Source of the DNA: Candidatus Calditenuaceae archaeon HR02
GTDB taxonomy: Archaea > Thermoproteota > Nitrososphaeria_A > Caldarchaeales > Calditenuaceae
DNA length: 24,000 nt
Assembly: GCA_002898395.1 (NCBI GenBank)
Contig: BEHE01000007.1
Span: 3,631-27,630, forward strand
Direction: 5' to 3'
Shown here: one piece after another, positions 1-7,027 of the stretch
Layout: the number at the start of each line of letters is the position of its first letter
How positions within the stretch are numbered: the stretch's first letter is position 1
Position numbers and translations under genes: made by a program
Notes under the pieces: model-generated
Database searches by the model: none
What the model saw: the letters and a program-made list of their open reading frames with translations, nothing else
Told to the model about the DNA's origin: nothing

Positions 1-53
1 GGGGAGTCCATCAGGATTTAATTCGGAGCATACCTCTCTGGGTTGATTGGGAC

Positions 54-443
54 ATGCATGTGAGGGTAAGCGTCAGGGCGGAGGTTTTTCCGACGGAGGA
101 CGTGGAGCGTGTTTTGAGGGCTGTTAGAAAGATTTTTCCTACTCTCGAGTTCAGGGTTTCTGAGGAGGGAGGGAGGACCTTCTTAGAAGCTGAGTCGACG
201 GAGCTCTCAGCCCTGAAGTATCTCAAGGAGAATTGGAGGATGAGGAGGGTGAGGGCAGCTGCTGGGAGGCTGCTCCGGTCTGCGTCGGGCTCAGGCGTAG
301 TTAGGGCTAGGCTAAGCAAACACGCCGCCTACGTCGGGGTTGCATCTATTCTCGACGAGGATGAGAGGCCGGGTCTGGGCGACATCAGCCTGGAGATTGA
401 GACTGACGATGTGGAGGGTCTCATGAAGTGGTTGACGAGCTAA
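54..443 (+). CDS. UPF0201/COG1931-like small predicted RNA-binding protein
   Basis: 129-aa ORF. Its size and N-terminal pattern (V-x-V-x-A-E-V-F-P-T-E-D-V-E-R-V) recall the conserved archaeal UPF0201 family. The antisense ORF 11..319 is low-complexity and was rejected. Confidence 0.55.
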   Translation: MHVRVSVRAEVFPTEDVERVLRAVRKIFPTLEFRVSEEGGRTFLEAESTELSALKYLKENWRMRRVRAAAGRLLRSASGSGVVRARLSKHAAYVGVASILDEDERPGLGDISLEIETDDVEGLMKWLTS

Positions 444-859
444 ACCCCCATGTGCGAGAAATGTTCGTGAACAATCTTCCACGAGCCATCCTCGCGAACC
501 ATTACTGTTGTGCATCGTGCCTTCCTTATCCATCTCTGCCCTTCAAACCTATACTGATAGACAAGTATGCCGCTCATCTCTAGCTCATATGCAGCATAGG
601 CCACGTCTCCATAGACACTGAGGTGTAAGTCTCGAATCTTGTATGAGATGTCTTGGACTTGATTCATGAGGCTGAGTTTTAATCTGACCCCCATCTCGCC
701 TTCTAAGAGCTGGTATGGAGGAGCGTCGTTGAAGAGAGTATACCCTCTGCTTGAGTGGAGGTCTAGTAGCTTGGCGTGGTCCTTATTTTTGACGGCCTCG
801 AAGACGGCGATTAGTGTCTGTACTGCTTCATTCTCAATGGGGCTCATGAGACTGAGCAT
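440..859 (-). CDS. NTF2-like / SnoaL-like (DUF4440-type) small protein
   Basis: 139 aa. It ends in the typical NTF2-fold pattern (R-x-T-x-V-x-x-x-E-D-G-S-W-K-I-V-H-E-H-F-S). A TATA-like AAGTTATAT sits about 20-28 nt upstream of the ATG on the minus strand. Confidence 0.5.
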   Translation of the reverse strand: MLSLMSPIENEAVQTLIAVFEAVKNKDHAKLLDLHSSRGYTLFNDAPPYQLLEGEMGVRLKLSLMNQVQDISYKIRDLHLSVYGDVAYAAYELEMSGILVYQYRFEGQRWIRKARCTTVMVREDGSWKIVHEHFSHMGV

Positions 860-904
860 TTACTCCCCAGATATAACTTTAACATGATCCACATATTCCA
901 CTTG

Positions 905-1204
905 CTATTCTTCTAGGAATCGGATATCTCCGCTGACCTTGAAGTTGCCTTCTGTGACTCTCCGCTGAACCTCTGCCAGAATGCCTTCAAGCTGCTCCCT
1001 CGAAAAACCCTTGGAGATAAGCTCAGCCTCAGTATCGTTCGATAAAGAGATGCCCACCGTTGGGCCGCCGATTGTCATGACTGCAATACCGTTGAACCTG
1101 TATCTTTTATCTCCGAGGAGGAAGCTTCCAGTAAAAGTGCTGATCCTTCCCCTCGTCTCAGCCGAGTCTATCTCAACATCCTCGGGCTGCAGCTCACTAG
1201 TCAT
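905..1204 (-). CDS. hypothetical 99-aa protein, no recognisable family
   Basis: ORF with protein-like composition, 9 nt downstream of and co-oriented with the zinc-ribbon membrane protein gene. It appears to have no promoter of its own. Confidence 0.45.
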   Translation of the reverse strand: MTSELQPEDVEIDSAETRGRISTFTGSFLLGDKRYRFNGIAVMTIGGPTVGISLSNDTEAELISKGFSREQLEGILAEVQRRVTEGNFKVSGDIRFLEE

Positions 1205-1213
1205 AGCGGTCGC

Positions 1214-1825
1214 CTAGACGAATATTCTTCGAGCCGTCTGCTGGTCTATCTCGAGCTCGCTGAAGCAAATCCCGCACACGTAGATGTCATCCCCTATTCT
1301 TTGAGCGCTCGCCAGGTCTCCGCCACATATTGGGCAGGCTCTTATAGGGTCGCTGCTCTTAGCGAACTTCTCTCCACAATTCCTACATTTACTCCCTCCG
1401 AGCGGCGTTTCAAAGCCGCATTTCGGGCATATCAGGGAGAGTCCAGCGCTCTTCACTTTTATCCCCCTCCTCAGCGACTCCGCCTCAGAGGAGCGTCTGA
1501 GCCCCTCGAGTGTATTTACATTCCCCTCCTTTATCACTCCTCTTTCCTCGAGGCTCTGGATAACAGCCTCCCTATCAAGGGAGATCATCCTCTCGGCTGA
1601 AAGCTCCTCCCTCACACCTCTCCTGAAGAGGAATAGCCCGGACAGGGCAATTGGGACCCCCACAACAGAGAGTAGGAGGTGGAGTGGGAGCCCCGGCGCC
1701 GCTTCAAGCGCTAAAACACTCTCGATGCCGCTGGAGACCAGGGCTATGTGTATGAGGGGGGCTGCCAGCGAGATGGTCATACCAGCGGCAGAGAGTATGA
1801 GTCCTAAGGTGATCTTTGATGGCAT
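1214..1825 (-). CDS. membrane-anchored protein with two C-terminal zinc ribbons
   Basis: 203 aa. It has two N-terminal hydrophobic helices, then CPKC-x11-CRNC and CPIC-x17-CGIC motifs. A TATA-like TTTTATAT (plus coordinates 1851-1860) lies 26-35 nt upstream of the ATG. Confidence 0.6.
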   Translation of the reverse strand: MPSKITLGLILSAAGMTISLAAPLIHIALVSSGIESVLALEAAPGLPLHLLLSVVGVPIALSGLFLFRRGVREELSAERMISLDREAVIQSLEERGVIKEGNVNTLEGLRRSSEAESLRRGIKVKSAGLSLICPKCGFETPLGGSKCRNCGEKFAKSSDPIRACPICGGDLASAQRIGDDIYVCGICFSELEIDQQTARRIFV

Positions 1826-1949
1826 CGCTGTGCCATGTCATCTCTCAGCAATATAAAACTTATACACCAAGGGTCTGGGCCCACATAGACGGGATTGGAC
1901 GAGGGAGGATACTGAAAAATTGTGAGATGTCTCCTGATATGCGGTCTCA

Positions 1950-2246
1950 TTGAGGCGGGGGGTGCGTAGTGTTGCGGTGAGTGAAGTGCTCAGACTCTTG
2001 GAGATAGCCCTTTCAACGACCGATGAAGCGCTCAGGAGGGAGGCCATGGCTCACGCGGTGGAGTTATCAAGGAGCTTCAGGGTCAGAATACCTAGGAGGC
2101 TCAGCCTACTGATTTGCAGGAAATGTATGAGGCCGTACAAGTTTGATGGATCAAGGGTTAGGGTTCGGAGGGGGCGGGCTGGCTTGACAGTCCTAGTGAC
2201 GTGTGGATCATGTGGGGCTGTAAGGAGAATACCACTTAAGCCTTAG
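1950..2246 (+). CDS. rnp4: RNase P protein component 4 (Rpp21/Rpr2 family)
   Basis: Small basic protein with an N-terminal helical region followed by a zinc ribbon (CRKC ... CGSCG-x-x-RRIP), typical of archaeal Rpp21. The start is uncertain: TTG at 1950, GTG at 1962 or GTG at 1977. Confidence 0.7.
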   Translation: MRRGVRSVAVSEVLRLLEIALSTTDEALRREAMAHAVELSRSFRVRIPRRLSLLICRKCMRPYKFDGSRVRVRRGRAGLTVLVTCGSCGAVRRIPLKP

Positions 2247-4767
2247 ACTCTATTGCCCCAGCCAGTATCGAGACTCTCTCCACAAGCCTCCGGTTCTCTT
2301 CCTTGATCCTCTCAAGCTCCTCCCTCAGTTCCTTATACTCGATACCCTTCTCCAAGCTCTTCCTAATCCTCTCGGCAGCGTCGCGAGCGGCTCTACGGTT
2401 CATCTCGTAGACATCGTTCTGAGCGACATCCTCAAGAATGCCTATCGCCTCGCTGCTCAGCAGCTCCCTACAGGCCGCCACAACAGCCCTCCTAACCCTG
2501 TAGTTCGGGTCTCGCGCATATTGTCGGAGGACCTCCACCACCTCCCGCCGCCCCGGAAACTTTCCAAGAGATGCAATTGCCGCAGCCCTAACGGTCGACT
2601 GCTTATCGGCCTCCGCATATCTCATGAGTGTCTTCAAAGCCTCCTCGCCACCCAGCTCGGCAAGCCCCCTCAAAACTCCCACCGTTATCGCTGAGGCGTG
2701 GGATGGAGTGTCAATGTGTCTGAGGAGAATTTCATAAACGCCCTCCTTCTTGGTCTTCCCGAGGCTCGTAGCCGCTGCCTGTCTAACATAGTAGCTCTCC
2801 TCACCGTTTGAGAGGATCTTCGAGAGGGCCTCCACCACATCATATCCCCTAAAGTTTCCCAAAGCCTCGCAAATAGACCTCTTGACCTTAGTGTCTGTAA
2901 CAATCGATAATGCCTCTATCAACGCATTCTTTGCCTCCTCGGTTCTAAGCTCCCCGAGGGCCTTAGCTGCCTCAGCCGAGACGCCCCAGAACCTATCCCC
3001 CAGCACGCTTCTTTTCAACGCCTCGACCGCCTTTGCCCCGCCCAGCCTACCGAGCGCCCGCGCGGCTAGGACCCTGCAGTAGACGTGCTCATCAGACTCT
3101 AAGACTTTGATGTGCTGCTCGACCCCCCTAGCAAGCTCCAGGGTCTTGAAGACCTCAAAGCGCGGGTCTATACATACAAGCTCCGGTTGCTCATCCAGAC
3201 TTATAACATGTGTAACCTCCTTCTCCCTGAGCTCTACGGTGAACTCCTTATCGGAGGACTTGGTCTTGACCCTCACGGGTATGTCCAGGTGGTAGATTGG
3301 GAGGGAGTCTTCCCCCTGGGTCTGCTTAAACCTCAGCACCAGCTGCCTAGTACTGTCCCTCCACTCCTCCTCAACCCTGATCGCTGGGTGTCCCGCATTA
3401 TAGAAGAACTGCTCGAAAAACTGCTCCAGACTCCTGCCCGAGACCTCTTCCATGACCTTCCTGAAGTCCTCTGTGTCCGCGACCGAGTAGGCATACCTTT
3501 TTAGAAAGAGGTTCAAACCCTTCCTGAAAGTATCCTCACCTAAGAGTGCGCGGAGCATGTTAAGTACGACTCCCCCCTTCGGATATGTGTGTGCGTCGAA
3601 GAGCTCTGCTGCATACTTGTAGACGCGAGTGACGATCGGCCTCGCATAATAGTCCCTATACTCGCTCAGGTATGAGTCCATGTCTCTTATATTCTCGTAG
3701 ACGAACTCGTCCTCGCCCTTATCATGCCTCACAAACAGGTTCTCGAGGAAAGTTGCAAAGCTCTCGTTGAGCCAGATGTGGGGCCAGTCCCTGCAGGTGA
3801 CAAGGTCTCCGAACCACTGGTGGGCGGCCTCGTGGGCTATAAGCGGGTCGCTAGAAAAATCGATATGAGCCTTCTCATCGTGGAGTGTTAGCTCGGTCAG
3901 AGTAGTAGCAGTAGTGTTTTCCATCCCTCCAAAGATAAACTCGTAGACGGCGACCTGAGCATACTTACCATAGGGGTATGGATAATCTAGGTACTTGGAG
4001 AAAAACTCTAGTATTTTCGGAGTCTTTTCGAAGCTGAGGCGATAGAATTTTCCGTAGCCTGGTGGAACATAGTAACTCAGCCTCACCCCATTGAATTCTT
4101 CGCCGTATTCCTCGAAAACCCCGGCGACGACGCTGATCAGATATGGTGAGTGGGGCTTATCCATTCTCCAGTGCCAGTAGTCCCACCCATCCTTCGAGCC
4201 CCGCGAGATAAGGTCTCCGTTTGAGATGCCTATGAAGCCCCGGGGGACGTAGACTATGATTTCGGAGGTGTGTTTCTGCGAGGGGTGGTCGACCAGTGGT
4301 AGCCAATACCTGTTATACTCAGTCTCGCCCTGGCTCCAGGCTTGGGGGGCTCTATCCGGGTTGGCCTTGTCAGGCTTAATGAAGTGGAACCCCTTCCTGG
4401 GCCTCGCTCTATAGGAAATCTCTACCCTGCACCTCCCTGCATCCAGCCGGACATGTAGCCTCTCGCCATCGTACCTCCACTCTGCATCCTTCCCATCAAC
4501 CTTGACGCTTTCAATCCACATCTCACAGGCATCAAAAGCAACCCATCCACCACCTGCGCTGTGCTCGACCTCAACCTCCTCGAAACCCCTGAGCGACTGT
4601 CCCTCAAAGTCTATCCAAAGCTCCAGCTTCAGATGACTTACTCGGAAATTGTTTACGGGTGGATACCGCGATACGTATTCTGGGTAGGCGAATCCGCGGC
4701 CCGGCTTATAGTAGGGATATATGAGGGTCATGCTAATCTGAATCGGAGGGGGCGGATATATATCCAC
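2236..4767 (-). CDS. M1-family zinc aminopeptidase fused to C-terminal HEAT/PBS-lyase-like repeats and a terminal coiled coil
   Basis: Carries the GGMENTT exopeptidase motif, HEAAHQWFG (HExxH) and a downstream E (WLNESFA). The C-terminal ~300 aa contains repeated A-x-x-A-L-G-x-L/HEAT-like units. An alternative start at M13 (4731) fits the GGATATATATCC TATA-like element at about 4755-4766. Confidence 0.9.
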   Translation of the reverse strand: MDIYPPPPIQISMTLIYPYYKPGRGFAYPEYVSRYPPVNNFRVSHLKLELWIDFEGQSLRGFEEVEVEHSAGGGWVAFDACEMWIESVKVDGKDAEWRYDGERLHVRLDAGRCRVEISYRARPRKGFHFIKPDKANPDRAPQAWSQGETEYNRYWLPLVDHPSQKHTSEIIVYVPRGFIGISNGDLISRGSKDGWDYWHWRMDKPHSPYLISVVAGVFEEYGEEFNGVRLSYYVPPGYGKFYRLSFEKTPKILEFFSKYLDYPYPYGKYAQVAVYEFIFGGMENTTATTLTELTLHDEKAHIDFSSDPLIAHEAAHQWFGDLVTCRDWPHIWLNESFATFLENLFVRHDKGEDEFVYENIRDMDSYLSEYRDYYARPIVTRVYKYAAELFDAHTYPKGGVVLNMLRALLGEDTFRKGLNLFLKRYAYSVADTEDFRKVMEEVSGRSLEQFFEQFFYNAGHPAIRVEEEWRDSTRQLVLRFKQTQGEDSLPIYHLDIPVRVKTKSSDKEFTVELREKEVTHVISLDEQPELVCIDPRFEVFKTLELARGVEQHIKVLESDEHVYCRVLAARALGRLGGAKAVEALKRSVLGDRFWGVSAEAAKALGELRTEEAKNALIEALSIVTDTKVKRSICEALGNFRGYDVVEALSKILSNGEESYYVRQAAATSLGKTKKEGVYEILLRHIDTPSHASAITVGVLRGLAELGGEEALKTLMRYAEADKQSTVRAAAIASLGKFPGRREVVEVLRQYARDPNYRVRRAVVAACRELLSSEAIGILEDVAQNDVYEMNRRAARDAAERIRKSLEKGIEYKELREELERIKEENRRLVERVSILAGAIESKA

Positions 4768-4885
4768 ACTCCCCTCCCACAGCTATCGTCGTTGATTATA
4801 GCGATAACGGCTCAATCCCTAGACTCTATGACAACGAGGTTCTATCGTCTGAGTAATCTGGCGCGGCGCGTGTTACTGTTTGGGG

Positions 4886-4893
4886 TTTTTATC
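4886..4893 (+). promoter_or_regulatory. TATA-like box for sufC (leaderless-type spacing)
   Basis: TTTTTATC centred about 31 nt upstream of the ATG at 4921. Confidence 0.4.
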
Positions 4894-4920
4894 GTGCCTC
4901 AGCACCGGTAACTCGCGGAG

Positions 4921-5670
4921 ATGGTTATACTGGAGCTGAGGGACGTCTGGGCTAGCATTGAGGGGAAGACGATACTGAAGGGTGTGAATCTAGTAGTTAA
5001 GGAGGGAGAGATAGCGGCTCTCATGGGTCCGAATGGCAGTGGGAAAAGCACGACCGCGCAGGTCATTATGGGACACCCGAAATACACAGTCGAGAAGGGT
5101 GACATACTGCTTGACGGGGAGAGCATACTTGGCCTCTCACCCGACGCTAGGGCGAGGCGAGGGCTATTCCTGGCATTCCAATATCCGGTAGAGATAAGTG
5201 GAGTCACTATGGCGAACTTCCTCAGACGCGCCTACCTCTCGGTCCAGGGGGACAGTACCAAGAAACTCTCGGTCTCGGAGTTCCACAAGCTGCTTGTAGA
5301 GAACTTCAAGCTTCTTCAGATGGACGAGTCTTTCGCCAAAAGATACCTCAACGAGGGCTTCTCAGGTGGGGAGAAGAAGAGGAGCGAGATCGTTCAACTC
5401 GCCACACTTAGTCCACGTATCGCAATACTTGACGAGACTGACTCAGGCCTCGACATAGATAGCGTAAAGATAGTGGCCGAATCTATTAAGAAGATAAATG
5501 GGGATAGGGGGACTGGCTTCCTAGTCATAACCCACTATGCGAGGATACTAAACTATCTAAGGCCAGACGTAGTGCACGTCATGTACGATGGTAGGATAAT
5601 AGCGTCTGGGGGCTTTGAGTTGGCCGAGGAACTTGAGAGGAAGGGCTACGCGGCACTAAACACTACCTAA
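4921..5670 (+). CDS. sufC: Fe-S cluster assembly ATPase SufC
   Basis: Walker A GPNGSGKST, then GHPKYTVEKGDILLDG, FLAFQYPVEISGV, the ABC signature FSGGEKKR and Walker B ILDETDSGLD. These are the characteristic SufC motifs. Confidence 0.9.
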   Translation: MVILELRDVWASIEGKTILKGVNLVVKEGEIAALMGPNGSGKSTTAQVIMGHPKYTVEKGDILLDGESILGLSPDARARRGLFLAFQYPVEISGVTMANFLRRAYLSVQGDSTKKLSVSEFHKLLVENFKLLQMDESFAKRYLNEGFSGGEKKRSEIVQLATLSPRIAILDETDSGLDIDSVKIVAESIKKINGDRGTGFLVITHYARILNYLRPDVVHVMYDGRIIASGGFELAEELERKGYAALNTT

Positions 5671-6314
5671 TAGAAATTCACACTCTCTCTCAGATATCTA
5701 ACAACCTCAGCGTCGGTTACTTGTGCGAATTTTTCATAGAACTCGCCTACAGCGTAGAATTCCTCCTCCACATATGGGCAGACGACCTGGTCTACGAGGG
5801 GTCTGAGCTTGGATGCTGCTGTGGTGGACGCCACCGGTGCTGAGGCTATCAGCCTTGAAGGATTCATCTTCTTGATAGACTTGACCGCAGCCACCATCGT
5901 CGTGCCCGTAGCCAAGCCGTCGTCGATGACTGCCACAGTCTTCCCAGCCGGTTCTATGAACCCCCTGCCACCCCTATAACTCTCCGCCCGCCTCCGGAGG
6001 TCAGGAACATGCTCCGAGGCCCGCTTCAACACTGCTTCTCTCGAGATCCCGTAAAAAGCCACCACCTCCTCCTCTATGGCCACGTCTCCGAACTCTGTGA
6101 CAGCCGCTGCAGCAAGCTCGGGGTTGAAGGGAGCCCCAATCTTCTTTACGACGATGACGTCGAGGGCGCAGCCGAGTCTTCGAGCCACAACGCCCGCAAC
6201 CACGACTCCGCCCCGCGCAATACCGTAAACCACTGAGTCGGGTCCCAGATACTCCCTCAACCCTTCAGCAAGCCTTAGGCCTGCGTCGAACCTATCACGG
6301 AAAATAACCCTCAA
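5667..6314 (-). CDS. predicted phosphoribosyltransferase (COG1926-type)
   Basis: N-terminal FRDR-x-x-AG-x-x-LA pattern and the PRPP-binding loop VAVIDDGLATGTTM. Confidence 0.8.
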   Translation of the reverse strand: MRVIFRDRFDAGLRLAEGLREYLGPDSVVYGIARGGVVVAGVVARRLGCALDVIVVKKIGAPFNPELAAAAVTEFGDVAIEEEVVAFYGISREAVLKRASEHVPDLRRRAESYRGGRGFIEPAGKTVAVIDDGLATGTTMVAAVKSIKKMNPSRLIASAPVASTTAASKLRPLVDQVVCPYVEEEFYAVGEFYEKFAQVTDAEVVRYLRESVNFY

Positions 6315-6382
6315 ACCCCCCGTCCTAAAATCGAGATAATGTAAGTGGCATTTACACGTTTGTCGCGGCGGATCTATCCAAC

Positions 6383-6397
6383 CGTGTCTCAGACACG
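6383..6397. promoter_or_regulatory. perfect 15-bp palindrome CGTGTCT-C-AGACACG upstream of the oxidase-like operon
   Basis: 7-bp arms read directly from the sequence. It lies about 40 nt upstream of the TATA-like box and 75-89 nt upstream of the ATG at 6472. Confidence 0.4.
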
Positions 6398-6436
6398 CGT
6401 AGTCTAATATTCCTATTAATATAAGCTAAGATAAAG

Positions 6437-6444
6437 CTAATATA
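6437..6444 (+). promoter_or_regulatory. TATA-like box for the oxidase-like operon
   Basis: CTAATATA centred about 31 nt upstream of the ATG at 6472, within an imperfect direct repeat (AAGCTAAGATA / AAGCTAATATA). Confidence 0.45.
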
Positions 6445-6471
6445 GGGGCAATTTTCTATGAAGGGCCTGAA

Positions 6472-7026
6472 ATGCTGGGCACAGGATTTGGTGCGATACT
6501 GCTCCTTCTCTACCTCACCTCACCCTTCCTTATCATCTTCACACTACTCATGCTGCTGGCTTTCAGGAGAGGTAGAGGGGTAGTCAGCGTTGGGCTGGGA
6601 GAAAGGAAGGCTCGGGCTATAGAGGTGGCCTGGCTAATAGGTGTAGGCTTGGCTTGGACAGTCATAAACCTGGTCAGCATACCCTGGCTCCCGTGGCTCC
6701 AGCCACTGGCCGCTACAACTGGCCAGTCACCTTCAGAGCCTGCACAGGTCGTCAATGTTGAGGCCTTCATGTGGGGGTATACGCTCGACACCTATGAGGT
6801 CAGGACAGGTGCTGTAAAGTTTGTCTCCACCTCCCGAGACACGATCCACTCACTCACGATCTACTCGCCGCGGGGCGAAGTCCTCGCTACAGTGATGCTG
6901 ATGCCAGGCATGAAGGAGGAGCTGGTCCTAAACCTGTGGGAGCCTGGAGAGTACATCATCAGGTGCCTAGAGTTTTGTGGTGACGGCCACTCAGCAATGC
7001 TCTCAAAGCTCAGGGTGATGGGGTGA
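6472..7026 (+). CDS. heme-copper oxidase superfamily subunit II with a complete CuA site
   Basis: N-terminal TM helices plus a cupredoxin domain. CuA ligands are all present: H126 ... C165-L-E167-F-C169-G-D-G-H173-S-A-M176 (H ... CxExCxxxHxxM). Confidence 0.85.
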   Translation: MLGTGFGAILLLLYLTSPFLIIFTLLMLLAFRRGRGVVSVGLGERKARAIEVAWLIGVGLAWTVINLVSIPWLPWLQPLAATTGQSPSEPAQVVNVEAFMWGYTLDTYEVRTGAVKFVSTSRDTIHSLTIYSPRGEVLATVMLMPGMKEELVLNLWEPGEYIIRCLEFCGDGHSAMLSKLRVMG

Positions 7027-7027
7027 G

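Noticed and set aside
11-319. 102-aa minus-strand ORF at the window start
   Set aside because: It is fully antisense to the better-supported UPF0201-like CDS and has a Ser/Leu/Thr-rich low-complexity translation.
3112-3504. Antisense ORFs inside long genes (for example 3112..3504, 2882..3082, 11626..12072, 12987..13316, 14722..15177, 8542..8886, 8776..9078, 21436..21684)
   Set aside because: Each lies wholly within a CDS on the opposite strand that has strong family motifs. None shows a recognisable motif or promoter of its own.
3510-3520. GGTTCAAACCC, a T-arm-like motif suggesting a tRNA
   Set aside because: It lies inside the M1 aminopeptidase CDS with no surrounding acceptor, D or anticodon stems. 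I could fold no tRNA anywhere in the window.
4790-4860. Weak C/D-like elements (TGATTA ... CTAG ... ATGACA ... CTGA) between the aminopeptidase and sufC
   Set aside because: All the boxes are degenerate and the spacings are irregular. The region is also needed for two divergent promoters.
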